Positions 1 to 16,162 of a stretch of DNA of 64,000 nt are shown one piece after another. Under the pieces are notes generated by a model. That model was not told the DNA's origin, ran no database searches, and saw only the letters and a program-made list of their open reading frames with translations. The stretch is from NCBI RefSeq assembly GCF_009914755.1, contig NC_060947.1, one strand, 5' to 3'. This stretch comes from the human T2T-CHM13v2.0 reference genome, Homo sapiens. Each line of letters opens with the position of its first letter. Within the stretch, counting starts at the first letter, position 1. The position numbers and the translations under genes are program-made.

Positions 1-127
1 AGGTATTTACCCAAATTAAATGCAAACATAGGTTCACAAAGAGACTGCCATAAGCATGTTCATAGTCACTTTACTCCTAATAGCCCAAAACTGCAAACAA
101 CCCAAATGTCCATCAAAAGAATGGACA

Positions 128-465
<338 letters not shown>

Positions 466-694
466 TCAGCAATGAACAGGAATGAAATATTAATACTATG
501 AAACAAATCTCCAAAACATTCTTCTCAGGAAAAAAGACTATGACCCAAAACAGTACATACTGTACAGTTCTATTTATGTGAAGTTCTAGAACAGGCAAAA
601 CTCATCTAGGATGGAAAAAAAAATCAAAATATATTTCCCCCAAAGTTAAGGGAGATGGGGACTTACTGGGAAGAGGTCCCAGGCCACTTTCTAG

Positions 695-1118
<424 letters not shown>

Positions 1119-1163
1119 TAAAAAGAAATACAGCAGAATGAAAAGAACAAAGAGAGATTTTCA

Positions 1164-1334
<171 letters not shown>

Positions 1335-2255
1335 TCATACACTACTCTCTTAATAACCTTAATACGGATATGCTCTCAGAATGCTAACTCAAATTGAATT
1401 GGACTTTGGGTTGAATTTTAGAGTGACAAAACAAGAATTCTTCCATGACCAATTTAGAGTAACTATTTTAAAACTGAAGGGCTATATTACTTATGACTAG
1501 GAATAAGAATCAAATCAAACACAATTACAAACTGTGAAGTGACTGCTTAATAACTTAAAGCCTACATAGTAAATGCTGGAAACAAATGAACAAGAGAACG
1601 CAAGGGCTAACTGCTTTTGTAAAGGAGCCCCCAAAAGGCCCTTGACTAAGGAGATGGCATTGTGTCCAAAATGTAAGCCAGGAATCTATTCTAGATCGGA
1701 CCCCCACTGCTATGTGAGCTGGGCAGACCACTAGAGACACCACCTCCTCATCTGCCAGGTTAACATCAGTTGAGATGATCTCTAAGGTCCATTTCAGCTT
1801 TCAAGTTAGGATTGCCTTATTAAATTTTATATTAATCCTAAATAAATGGATGTGAAATGTAAGCCAAACAATCTAGAATTAGGAAGATCTGGTTATGGCT
1901 CTGAGTCACCTAACTACGGAACTAGAAGAAGACATTGGCTGCAACAGTATTGGATTGTATCTTGTACTAGAGATTTGCTTTAAAAGCCTGCATCACAGTT
2001 ACTGGGAGTGACACTTTAATGAAAGAGCTACTTCACTTAAACCTTCCTGAGCCAGGGCAGTAATGAGAGGCACAATTAAGGGATTCAAGTTTCATCTCTT
2101 TCCTGTTTCCTTTCATTCTATAGTGGAGATCCTAATGACCAAGGACCCAAAAGAGAGAAATCAAAAGGGGATAAAGAAAATGGGAGAACTAACTCTCAAG
2201 TTAGATAAATGCAGACTAATGTTATATAGAAATATCAAGTTATAAAATCCCTCCA

Positions 2256-2646
<391 letters not shown>

Positions 2647-2764
2647 CTATAATGCAAGCTATAAGTAATTACATTCTGATGTATTCAAACAAAGGAACTA
2701 TACAGCAGTGAGAATAAACCAACTATTGCAGCACATAGCAAGAAGTAAAAAAAGCCAGACACAA

Positions 2765-2887
2765 GCCAGGTGTGGTGGCACGTGCCTATAGTTCCAGCTA
2801 CACAGGAGCTGAGCCAGGAGGATCAATTGAGCCCCGGAGTTCAAGTACAGCATGGGCAACACAGTGGGACCCTGTCTCTGAAAAAAA
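2765..2887 (+). mobile_element. FLAM/Alu monomer within an L1M fragment
   Basis: Single ~125-bp arm with A tail. Confidence 0.8.
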
Positions 2888-3166
2888 TGCCAGATATAAA
2901 AGAGAGTATAGCATATGATTCAATTGGTATAAAACTCAAAAACAGAAAAAAGTAATCTATGGTGGGAGAAGTCAGGATAGTGGTTACCTTACAAAGAAGA
3001 GTAGTGACTGAAAGGGGGTGGATAGGATTCTAGGGAGCTCATAACCTTATATTTCTTGGGATGGGTGCTGGTTATATGCATGTATTACTTTGAAATTTAT
3101 TTAAGCTGTATATTTATGATGTGTGCATATTTTGTATGTCATAGACTTCCATAAAAAGTTCACCTA

Positions 3167-3507
<341 letters not shown>

Positions 3508-4066
3508 TCAGAATCTAAATAAAAAGAGAAAGCAATCCATCAGCAATAAATATTGTAACCTTTAAATACATTTATTTATCTTACTCATATATTTTTAAGC
3601 AATTTTGTGTGTCATTTATAATTTTAAAAATATTTTTAAATGCCTGCATAATATTCCATTTTATGGATGTCCAGAGGTTCTGTTATCTGTTTTCCACTGT
3701 GGGACATTTATATGGCTTCTAATTTTTCACTATTTTGATATAATGATGTGTATACATTGAAAGGCAAACATTTATCATTTTAATCATTTGTAAGTATACA
3801 ATTCAGTGGCATTAAATATATTCAGGTAGTTGTATAACTATCCTCACTATCTATACCCAAAATATTTCTATCATCCCCAACATACACTCTGTACCCATTA
3901 CACAATAACTCCCCCTCACCTCAGTCCCTGGTAACCTCTATTCTACTTTCTGTCTCTATGATATCAGATGTTCTATAACACACTAAAGAAGTATCCTGCT
4001 AGCCCTGCATATAGTTTTAAAACCAAAACAGATAAGTGGTATCAAATGACTTTTTTGGTATCAGAT

Positions 4067-4392
4067 CAGGGATCAGCAAACCACCACCTGTGGACCAAAT
4101 CCACTTTGCCACCTGTTCTTGTATAGCTCATAAGCTAAGATATTATGGACTTTTTTTACATTTGTAAATGATGGGGGGGAGAATATTTCATGAAATGGAA
4201 AAATTATAGGAAATTCAAATTTCAATGACCATAAAGTTTTATTGAAACACAGCCACAACCATCTGTTTACATATCAGCTGCTTTCATGCTATAAAGGCAG
4301 AGTTAAATACTTAAAGCAGAGAACTTATGGCCTGCAAAGCCTAAAATATTTATTATCTGGCCCCTTACAGAAAAAATTTGCCAGTCTCCAAC
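4067..4392 (+). mobile_element. MER58B-like hAT-Charlie DNA transposon
   Basis: cagggatcagcaaac...ggccccttacagaaaaaatttgcc termini. Confidence 0.75.
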
Positions 4393-5032
4393 ATAGGCAA
4401 TAACATTTCCATGTTTTAAAGAGAAGAAAATCCAATTCTCTAAGCAAAGGGCAAAGAACAAATTGTCATACAGCTAAGGAAGAAATATTCCAAGGAGTTA
4501 ACGTCTCATGGCTCTCTGTACAAGTGAGGATGTGGATGGTCTCACATTTCCTAGAGAGCCATTCAAAGGACCAGTGGCTATAGCAGTTCTGGTTGCAGGA
4601 CTCCACTTTCCATGGGGTCTTGGATGCTAATGTAAATTTCAAATTCCAATTGTTTACTGTTGGCATGTAGTAAAGTGATTAACTTTTGTATATTAACCTG
4701 TTTCCTGCAACCTTGCTATAATCACTTATGACTTCCAGGAGATTTTTGTTGCTTCTTTGAGACTTTCTACATAGATAATCATGCCACCTGCTCCATGGAC
4801 TCTTGACTCAAGCTGTTATTCCTAGAAGTTCAGTTTTAGCTTTTTACTTTTGCATTGCCACCAAATTGTTACAATTATAGTTGCCAGATATAAATAATTG
4901 TTCAAAGACAGAGAATATATTCTCCCCAATGCTTCCTGGGACTGTCTCACACAGAACAAAGGAGACATGGCAAAGCTTAAGTGAAGGGAAAATGCAAGCA
5001 GAAGTAAACATTGTGGTATTACCATGAAGCTA

Positions 5033-5398
<366 letters not shown>

Positions 5399-6422
5399 TT
5401 AAATAAACAGTTTCTTGAGGAAGCTACCTTATAAAGTTATAGATTGTTTAAAAAACATATTTTAGCTGAAAATTTGTATTACATATTTTTATATCTGTAA
5501 TCATTACAAGTTAGTTAATGAACCAATAGTAGGAAGTTTTGAAGTATGTATATATGTATGTATGCATATACACACATAGACTACTATCTCTAGTACTTCC
5601 AATTTCGTAGAGCAATAAATTTCTTCTCATTTAAGAAATGTGGCCAGCTGGCCCATGCCACAGTGTTCAATGATATGCTTTTAACTTAAACGATGCAACT
5701 GGTGTTAAGTAGACATACTTGTGGTGACCATGAAGTTCTAAATTTGTTCTCTAAAAACTAATATTAATGTCTATGATGACTGATAATGCAGAAATAAAGT
5801 GCAAAAGTAAATGTTGTTATGAAATGAATTAAAACTGAATCTCACAAAATGTGAAATAGGTAATGACAAATATACCAGATGTGAAATATCAACTAGGTAA
5901 ACCATTTTAATGAATATGAAAACACATTATGCAAAATGTCCAAGATCAAAATAAGCTTTATTTCTTAAAGCTGGCCTGAAAAAGAACACATTTAAGCTTG
6001 AAGTATTCACTCACAGACCACATTTAAACTACATCATAACTTGGATTTATTCTATTTATTTCAAATAGACTAATGCAGGAGAATAAAATAATTAGCTAGT
6101 GTGAGGGGCATGTGATGATTTGAAAATGGTACTAAATTAGGAATCACAGAATGAAGGTTCCAATTCAGGCTCTGTAATTATCCAGAGGTATGACCGTTGG
6201 GCCAGATAAATTGACTCTTTTGCCTCTGTTTTCTCACCCGTAAAAAGTGGGGTTTTTTTAAGAGTCACTCTGAAGTCTACTTAATAGTCTTCATGGAAAA
6301 AAAATAGAACATTAGAAACCACCTAATTATCTAAACCAAAGTATTAAATAAACAAAAGCTTAAATAAATTTTGGTATTTCCCTGAGCTGGAATGGTATAT
6401 TGCCAATAAGAAGTGTGTTCTC

Positions 6423-6843
<421 letters not shown>

Positions 6844-7189
6844 TCAAAACAGAAAAATACAGTATAATCCTAACTTTGAGAGCCAAAGGTAACATACCAA
6901 TGGTTATCTAGGTGGCTATTACTGAATAGCAAATTTATTATCATTAGACTTTTCTGTCGATTCTGTACAAGGAACTTTAGATTCTGTCATCAGAAGAAAA
7001 TAACCAAGGCAACTGAAAGTGTATTTTTAAGACAAGCTTTTGTATATCAACAGATCTTTCAAACTAGAGCTAGTAAAGCTATTGACAACACCGCTAAGGT
7101 TTCTCAGTAAATATGTAAAAGTCCAATCAGTTCTTTTAGGTGTACACATAACTTTCCCAATTAAATTTTAAAAGACATTTTAACACTTA

Positions 7190-7567
<378 letters not shown>

Positions 7568-7702
7568 TCAACTCATCAGATGAGGCACAGCTCACAATGA
7601 GTTCTGAAAACGGCTTTTCACGCCGGGACCACTTTGAGGAACACACAGCAAAACGGGGCCAATTACAACAGCCAGACCGCTCCGTTTGTTTTAAGAACAA
7701 CC

Positions 7703-8095
7703 ACTTTCTAAACCTTCCTGCGGGACTCTCAAAGGCAGCCCTTCCTTTGCCGCCAGAACCGTATCCCATCGCCCAGCACTTGCCACAGGCCGGACAAGTG
7801 AGGCTCAAAAAGGCACCCAGCCCACGCCTCGCTTTAGAAAGCAAGGCGCAGCAAAGCTGCTGGAAAAATCGCTTTTAGTCAACCTGAAGCCAGTTTGCCG
7901 CACTCGGGGAGAGCCGGGAGGGACGCGATCCGCCACCAGCCAAATCAGGGCCTTTCCTCTTAACGACCACGCGGCAAGGGGGCCGGGCCCTCGCACGCCT
8001 CGACGGCCTCCCCCACTCCAAAGGGACTCCGATTTCGCAGGATCTCCCAACTTCCGCCTCTGTTCCCAACACCCTACGTGTTTCTCTTCCTCCTC
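7703..8095 (+). repeat. Local duplication copy A (intron 1; includes 148 bp absent from copy B)
   Basis: Near-identical to 9820-10064; ORFs 7875..8072 and 9793..10041 give nearly the same peptide. Confidence 0.95.
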
Positions 8096-8249
8096 ATTTA
8101 CGTATTTACAATAAAACAGCGAAGCTGCACAGTCTGTCTCTAAATCAAACTCGGTTACCATCAAAGCCTCAGACTCTATGTCTCAACCGCAAAATGTCTG
8201 ACAGGAAATCAACTCGGGAATTTGTCAATTCTTTAGACTCAAAGCTCTC

Positions 8250-8591
8250 ACCCAGTGGGGTGGTTCACGCCAGTAATCCTAGCACTTTGGGAGACTGAGG
8301 CGGGAGCATTGCCTGAGCCCAGGAGTTCGAGACCAGTGTGGGCAACATGACGAAATCCCGTCTCAACAAAAAATACAAAAATTAGCCGGGCGTGGTGGTG
8401 CACGCCTGTAGTCTCCGCTCCTCAGGAGGCTGAGGTGAGAGGACCGCTTGAATCCAGGAAGCGGAGGCTGCAGTGAGCCGACATGGCGCCCCTGCACTCC
8501 CACCTGGGCACCAGAGCAAGACTCTGTCTGAAAACAAAACAAAACAAAACAAAACCAAGCAAAAACAAAAACAAAAAACAACAACAAAAAA
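8250..8591 (+). mobile_element. Alu (J-like) with (AAAAC)n tail
   Basis: Dimer inside the CpG island. Confidence 0.9.
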
Positions 8592-9350
8592 CCTCTGTGA
8601 AAGTCTGAGTCATTCCTCATTCCTCGCCCCCCCATACCCCGCCTCACCAAAAAGAGAACAGCTGAAAAAGGATAAGCTCGTCCCAGAAAGTCAGCATCAA
8701 GTATCTAATAAGCTTCGAAATCTCAAAATGTAACCCACGCGGGCAACCCGGGAGAGGCGGCGGGTACCACCCAAAGCACCCCCTCAGAACACCCGGAATT
8801 TGAGGCTGTGCCCCAGCCGCTATGCCAAAACGCTGAACAGGGCTGTGTTCCGCGGCTGCCCACCAGGGAAAACCAATAAATTCAAGAAAAAGTGCGGCCG
8901 CATAGATCTGTATCGCCGGAGCCCGGCGTCGCGAGCGCCGAGATTGTTTCCCAGCCACTCGAGGCTCCGGAAAGAACCGCGGGCCAGAGGGCAACCAGGC
9001 CCAGCCTCTTGACGCACTCTCGGCACAAGCCCAAGTCACCCCAACCCTGAGCCACCAAGAGCCACGGAGACGCCATGAGCCTCAGGATCACCTCACGTCT
9101 CCGGGACATCTTGAGCCCCTGAGACGACCTGAACCCTGGGCCATCTCGGTCCACCACGCCAAATTTCCCACCGGCGCGCTGAGCAATCGGCGGCAGATGG
9201 CCAATACCCAGAGGCCGCCCCCCGACACGCCCCGGTCAATGACTAGCCAATCCTGCCGCCCCTGAATGGCCACCTAAGTGGGTGCCATCCAGACTCTTGA
9301 CAGAACTTGAGGCCCAAGCTAGCGGGCCAGTTGAGGCGAGGTCACTTTAC

Positions 9351-9375
9351 CCTGTTCCTGGGTCCTCTCTGACAT
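9351..9375 (-). CDS. BEND2: BEND2 coding exon 1 (MSERTQEQ + 1 nt)
   Basis: Minus strand ctcacgATG TCA GAG AGG ACC CAG GAA CAG G|gtaaag: A at -3, GT donor, phase 1; joins exon 2 in frame; matches recalled BEND2 N-terminus. Confidence 0.93.
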
Positions 9376-9651
9376 CGTGAGATGGCGGGGTCTGGCTCTG
9401 AGGCCCGAGACCTGAGGCCCGAGACCTGAGGCCTACGTCTGCGCCGCGGCTCTGAGGTAACTGCTTGGTAACTGTGTGGTAACTGCGTACACTCGTTGTC
9501 CGAGGCACAATGAGGCCCGGGCAGGAGCCTGGACCACGTCTCCGCGGCTGCGCAGTAGCGCTTGGCATGCGTGCGTGACTCCTGGGGGTCAAAGGGCCTC
9601 GCCCTCTCCCCCACTTTTGACCTACTTTCTTAAAGAGTCCCTTTTACAAAA

Positions 9652-9744
9652 ATATACATATGTATGTATATATATATTTGTACTATATATGTGTGTGTGA
9701 ATATATGTAGATATAGATACAGATGTAGAGATAGAGATAGAGAT
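9652..9744. repeat. (TA)/(TG)/(GATATA) microsatellite cluster
   Basis: Directly visible. Confidence 0.85.
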
Positions 9745-9819
9745 AATGAACTGGAAGCCAACAGTGTAATTCTGCTCGTCCCAAAACGCACATCATAAAA
9801 AAAAAGTCCAATGTAAGAG

Positions 9820-10064
9820 ACTTTCTAAATCTTCCTGCGGGACTCTCAAAGGCAGCCCTTCCTTTGCCGCACTCGGGGAGAGCCGGGAGGGAGGCGATCC
9901 GCCACCAGCCAAATCAGGGCCTTTCCTCTTAACGACCACGCGGCAAGGGGGCCGGGCCCTCGCACACCTCGATGGCCTCCCCCACTCCAAAGGGACTCCG
10001 ATTTCGCAGGATCTCCCAACTTCCGCCTCTGTTCCCAACACCCTACGTGTTTCTCTTCCTCCTC
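9820..10064 (+). repeat. Local duplication copy B (upstream of BEND2)
   Basis: 245 bp with 4 mismatches to 7703-7753 + 7902-8095 by hand alignment. Confidence 0.95.
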
Positions 10065-10174
10065 GTTCAGACCCTCTAGTGTTTTCCAGGTTGCTTCCTC
10101 ATATCCGATACCGGCTTTGGGAACAAATCCGAAAACAAGCCAACTTTGAAAATGTGCCCCTAATAAATACCTAG

Positions 10175-10478
10175 CAACCCCTCCCCTCCTTCCTGCCCCC
10201 TCTAGTAGTCTGCAGTGTATTGTTTCCATCTTTGTGTCCCTGTGTACCGGATCTTTAAGCTCCTGCTTACAAGTGAGAAGATTCGGTATGTGGTTTTCTG
10301 TTTCTGTGTTAATTCACTTATGAGAAAGGCCTCCAGCTGTGTACATGCTGCTGCAAAGGACATGGTTTTGTTCTTTGTTATGGCTGCATAGTATTCCATG
10401 GTGTATATGTACCACATTTTCTTTATTCAGTCCACCATTGATGGGCACCTAGATTGATTCCATGTCTTTACTATTGTC
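10175..10478 (-). mobile_element. L1PA/PB 3' fragment
   Basis: ORF 10202..10417 gives MWYIYTMEYYAAI (L1 ORF2 C-terminus). Confidence 0.88.
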
Positions 10479-11462
10479 TTCACATCTTTCAAAACCTCTC
10501 TCGGTACTACATCTGTTCAAATAATACCTCCATCAAGACACTTTCCTATAGCCCCCTGGTAAGAAGGATCCCACAGCAGGTAATCTTCACGTCCCTATTA
10601 GTATTTAAATTACTTTGCCTGACATTATAAATCCTCGTCAACATGCCTCTCTCCTAAGTTCCTGGAGGACAGCACCATGTCTTATTTATATTTGAACACC
10701 ACCTCCCTCACAAGATTCTAAGAATTAAATGTTATAAAATAGAAAGCACCCAGTGCCTGGAATTTGGGATCCATTTCTTCACTGTGTCAGTTACACAATG
10801 ACTCTTGTGACTGTGTGTCTCCTCATTTGGGGGAAGGGTAAGAATTTCTTTACTTGTGAGAAGCAAAGGTGTATATTGTTAGGTAGAAACACAGACTTGT
10901 TTTGCTATCGTTCCAGAGTGTACATATGTGTAGGAGGATGCATAGAGAAACTGAGGGCTGAAATGGATACACTGTGCTGGTTACCAATGTGTTACCTCTC
11001 ACCTCCAACTTCACCCACTTTTGCCGACTCTTTGAAAATGGATGTGGGCCCTTTAAATATTTTTCCCTTTGCCAGTGACACAATTTAAGCCTTTGGCAGT
11101 AGAAGGTGCTAAAAGGAGAATGTAGGAGGAAAGAGTTTTTTTGCCTCCTGGTTGACCTGTGCTCTCTGAGGACATTGATGCAAAGTGTAGCTTTCTCCTG
11201 CAGGAGAGGGCAGATTTCCAGTACTTTAAAGAGGGCATATTTGCAGCAAGTTCGTGAAGTTGCAAGGTTGGGTTTCCAGCAAATTCCAGAGAACAGATTT
11301 ACAGCAAAGTCCACCAGTGCAGCCATTCAGTGAGTCTTAGACACTGTGTCTCAACCCTAAGGGTAGGGCCTGTTTCTTATACCTGTAATTTGTAAAGAAT
11401 ATTTTAGAGTTTTCTTATTAGCTAATCTCTCATTACTCCAGTCCTCTTTTATATTTAATATA

Positions 11463-11763
<301 letters not shown>

Positions 11764-12340
11764 AATAATTCTTTACATTAAACTTTCCCTGTTCAAATTA
11801 CTGCATGGTATTTCTCTTCATATTGGACCTGGAGGGATGCACCCACCTTTTGGGATTTCCTTTTAGCACACAGTACTCAACAGGTACACAAGTTTGTTCA
11901 TGGACTGTAATTGAATAGCCAACAGATACTCAGTAATCCCCTTCAGTTTAATTTCTGGTCAGTCCTCTCCATTCATTTGCCTGACCTCTGTTCTCCATGG
12001 AAGGAGATGGGAGGGAGGGAAGAAACACTTTCCTACTGTCACACCTAAGACTGGTTTTCCATTTCCTGTCCTGCCTAAGCTACATTAACCTGAGCAGGGA
12101 AGAACCGCAGGCAAGGGAGGCTTCCCAGCGATGGGAGAAGTGAGAGGAGATGCTGCAAAGCTGTCTGTTCCCAGGTGCAAGCTGGACCACGGCAGCTACA
12201 GAGCAGGTATTTCTGTCAACAGCCAATACAGTCACGGCAATGTGGAGTTCCACAGACTGTAATTGTGGACTGGTGAACATCTTCTGAAAGACAACTTTTT
12301 AAAAAGCTGGATGCAATGTTTTTTAAATATTATAGCATTA

Positions 12341-12629
12341 GGCCGGGCGCGGTGGCTCACGCCTGTAGACCCAGCACTTTGGGAGGCCGAGGCGGGTGGA
12401 TCACGAGGTCAGGAGTTCAAGACCAGCCTGGCCAAGATGGTGAAACCTGGTCTCTACTAAAAATACAAAAATTAGCCAGGCGTGGTGGCAGGTGCCTATA
12501 GTCCCAGCTACTCGGGAGGCTGAAGCAGGGAATTGCTTGAACCTGGGAGATGGAGGTTGCAGTGAGCCGAGACCACGAAACTGCACTCCAGCCTGGGCGA
12601 CAGAGCAAGACTCTGTCTTAAAAAAAAAA

Positions 12630-12664
<35 letters not shown>
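12341..12664 (+). mobile_element. Alu (S-type) followed by (TA)n microsatellite
   Basis: Dimer, A tail, then a (TA) run at 12632-12664. Confidence 0.93.
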
Positions 12665-12666
<2 letters not shown>

Positions 12667-13187
12667 ATTAAAGAATATCATAAAGTTAACAATTACTGAG
12701 CTAAGATCTGAGAAAGACCCAAAACCTAGATAGGTGTGAGAAACTGAAAGCATTGCTTTTGTTCTTGGACATTTGCTGATGCAGAAGAGGCCAAAGGAGG
12801 CTGAGCTACACGTTGGGTGGTTTTGTGGGACTGAGGAACAAAAGTTGGAATCTGGGACCCACCAAAGGAGGAGAGTTTGCAAACCACCTCCCACCTCAAA
12901 CTGGGATCACAAAGAGACAAATCTTCAGAGTAAAGGTAACCAAAAATTAACCACGTAGTCTCTAGATCAGCCTCATGTCACCTGCGAATTTAGCACTCCC
13001 AGGTGCCTGCATAAAGCAAGCAGATATTCTCTCTTGCAAAGATAATGGTAACTTATTTCTACAAAGAATTACTTATTTTATTTATTTATTTTCAAAGATA
13101 TTCTTTTAAAAATTTTTTATTTCAATAGCTTTTGGGGTACAAGTAGTTTTTTGTTACAGGGATGAAATATATAGTGGTGAATTCTGA

Positions 13188-13505
<318 letters not shown>

Positions 13506-13846
13506 AGTTTTTTTAATTCCACACCGTCCTCCCACTCTCCTTTTTCTGAGTCTCCAATGTCCATTATACTACTCTGCATGCCTTTGTATACCCATAGCTT
13601 AGCTCCCACTTATAAGTGAGAACATGCAGTATTTGGTTTTCCATTCCTGAGTTACTTCACTTACAATAATAGCCTTCAGCTCTGTCCAAGTTGCTGCAAA
13701 AGACAGTATTTCTTTCCTTTTTATGGCTGAGTAGTATTCCATGGTGTATATATACCACATTTTCTTTATCCACTCATCGGTCAATGGGCACTTAGGTTGG
13801 TTCCACATCTCCGTAATTGTGAATTGGGCTGTAATAAATCTATGTG

Positions 13847-14124
<278 letters not shown>

Positions 14125-15647
14125 TCTGCATGTACATGTGTCTTTTTCATATAATGACTTATTTTCCAGTAGTGGGATGGGTTTGCTGGGTCGAATGGTA
14201 ATTCTACTTTTAGTTCTTTAAGGAATCTCCACTTTGTTTTCCATAGAGTTTGTACTAATTTACGTTCCCACCAGCAGTGTTTATAAGCGTTCCCCTGTCA
14301 CCATGTGCATGCCAACGTTTATTGTTTTTTGAGTTTTTAATAATGGGCATTACAAAGAATTTTGAAATAGAATATCCAGCATAAAATGAAATAGAACCAG
14401 ATATAGGAGGAGATAAGACAGCAGGAGAAAGAAGAAATGGAAACATCTATACTGGGGGACACGGGCCTTCTGCCGCCCCCTACCCCCCACTCCCCAACAA
14501 CCACAGGTATCTTCCTGCCAGAGTGGTCCTGGCATGGGCGCTGGCCTAGCCATCTCAGTCCTCTGAAGGAAGCTAGCTCTGTGAGCCTCTTGGGACATCC
14601 CGGGGGAGGACCCAGACTGAAAACCCTGGAGGGTCCAAGTTTTCAGAAGGGAGCCTCCTCACCCTTCATTCATGGGAAACCTCCGTGTCCCAGCAAAGCT
14701 GGGAAGAGAGAAGCTCACTGACCTGGGAGTTGGCAGCTTCAGTGGCAGGCTAAAATGAAAGCTGGGGACACAGCGCACTGCAAGGTGTGGAGTTGAAGCA
14801 GAGGCCTTGACGTTTCTGGGGAGGAGAGGAACAGAGCAAGTGAAGGCTGGGGATCTTGGAATGCAACTCATGGAAGGAGGGAACGCATTCCCCAGGGGAG
14901 CTGGAGGAGGGAAGGGGTGGCAGGAGTGCAGGCCCAGACTGGCAGCCTCTGCCCTCGAGCAAGTGGGGAGGGAAAGCCAGGGCACTCCCACAACACAGCC
15001 TGTATTGGTCACTCTGCCAGACACCGGGTTCCCCACCCCGGCTGCACCCCAGGATCACCAGGGGAACTGTCAAGACCCCTGATGCCCAGCCTGAGCCCAG
15101 AGATGCCCATGTGCCTGGTGGGGGCAGCCAACTCGGGGTTCAGAAGCTGCAGGCGCCTCTCATGGTGGCCAGGCCGGATCACCTACTTGCAGCTCCACGC
15201 ACTGTCAGCAACAGGATCAGGACGTCGAAGCCTCACACCGACCAACGAGGCAGGTTCCTAGCATCAACCTAGTTGATGTGCAGTGGAAGCAAGCAGGCCT
15301 TGCCCTGCCTGCTGGGCCTGCAAGAAGAGGGGAAGAGTTGACTTAAATGCAGCCCACAGGACACGAGAGGGGACAATATGGCCAGAGAGCAGCATCCAGC
15401 TGGCCATGGCGCCACTCTCCACTTGTTTCCACTCCACTCCATTCAAACTCCTGCCACCCCGGGGGGTCCATCTCACCAGGCACAGTGGTCGTCACCCGTG
15501 GCCTGGAGCCCCGGACACAGCTCCAGTGGCCTGGCCAAGGTGTGCAACGCCATGCTTTCATGAGGCCCTGAGAGCCTGCTGCTTTGTTGACCCCAGTGTT
15601 TGCAGTGGGTTTTTGGCCCTAAGGGCAGCAGGTTTGACAAAGGAGTG

Positions 15648-16162
15648 TGTATTAGTCAGGGTTCTCCAGAGGGACAGAACTAATAGGATAGATGTATATA
15701 TAAAGGGGAGTTTATTAAGGAGGATTGACTCACACGATCACAAGGTAAAGTCCCACAATAGACCATCTGCAAGCTGAGGAGCAAGGAAGCCAGTCTGAGT
15801 CCCAAAACCTCAAAAGTAGGGAAGCCAGCAGTGCAGCCTTCAGTCTGTGGTCGAAGGTCCAAGAGTCCAAAAGCTGAAGAACTTGGAGTCCGATGTTTGA
15901 GAGCAGGAAGCATCCAGCATGGTAGAAAGATGTAGGCCAGAACACTAAGCCAGTCTAGTCCTTCCATGCTCTTCTGCCTGCTTTTATCCTAGCCGTGCTG
16001 ACAGCTGATTAGATGGTGCCCACCCAGATTGAGAGTAGGTCTGCCTCTCCCAGTCCACTAAGTCAAATGTTAATCTCCTTGGCAACACCCTCACAGACAC
16101 ACCCAGGGACAATACTTTGCATCCTTCAATCCAATCAGGTTGAAACTCAATATTAACCATCA
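15648..16162 (-). mobile_element. MLT2A-type ERVL solo LTR
   Basis: tgtattagtcagggttctc...caatccaatcaggttgaaactcaatattaaccatca is the reverse complement of the MLT2A consensus ends. Confidence 0.88.

Larger units (their letters stand above)
7600..9620 (-). promoter_or_regulatory. BEND2: CpG island / BEND2 promoter, 5' UTR and proximal intron 1 (TSS probably ~9.5 kb)
   Basis: High GC and CpG density around the start codon; CCAAT at 9201 and 9247; NRF1-like TGCGCA/GCATGCG at ~9549-9571; 3x GGTAACTG at 9456-9485. Confidence 0.75.

Noticed and set aside
7754-7901. The 148 bp missing from copy B as a spliced intron (retrocopy origin)
   Set aside because: No GT/GC...AG pair on either strand in any register of the microhomology, and no poly(A) or TSD around copy B.
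9398-9485. Short spaced repeats as a CRISPR-like array
   Set aside because: Eukaryotic DNA, units of 8-14 nt, no unique spacers of CRISPR length and no cas genes.
10548-10562. CTCF-like motif (agccccctggtaa)
   Set aside because: Only a partial match to the core; cannot be supported without a PWM scan or ChIP data.
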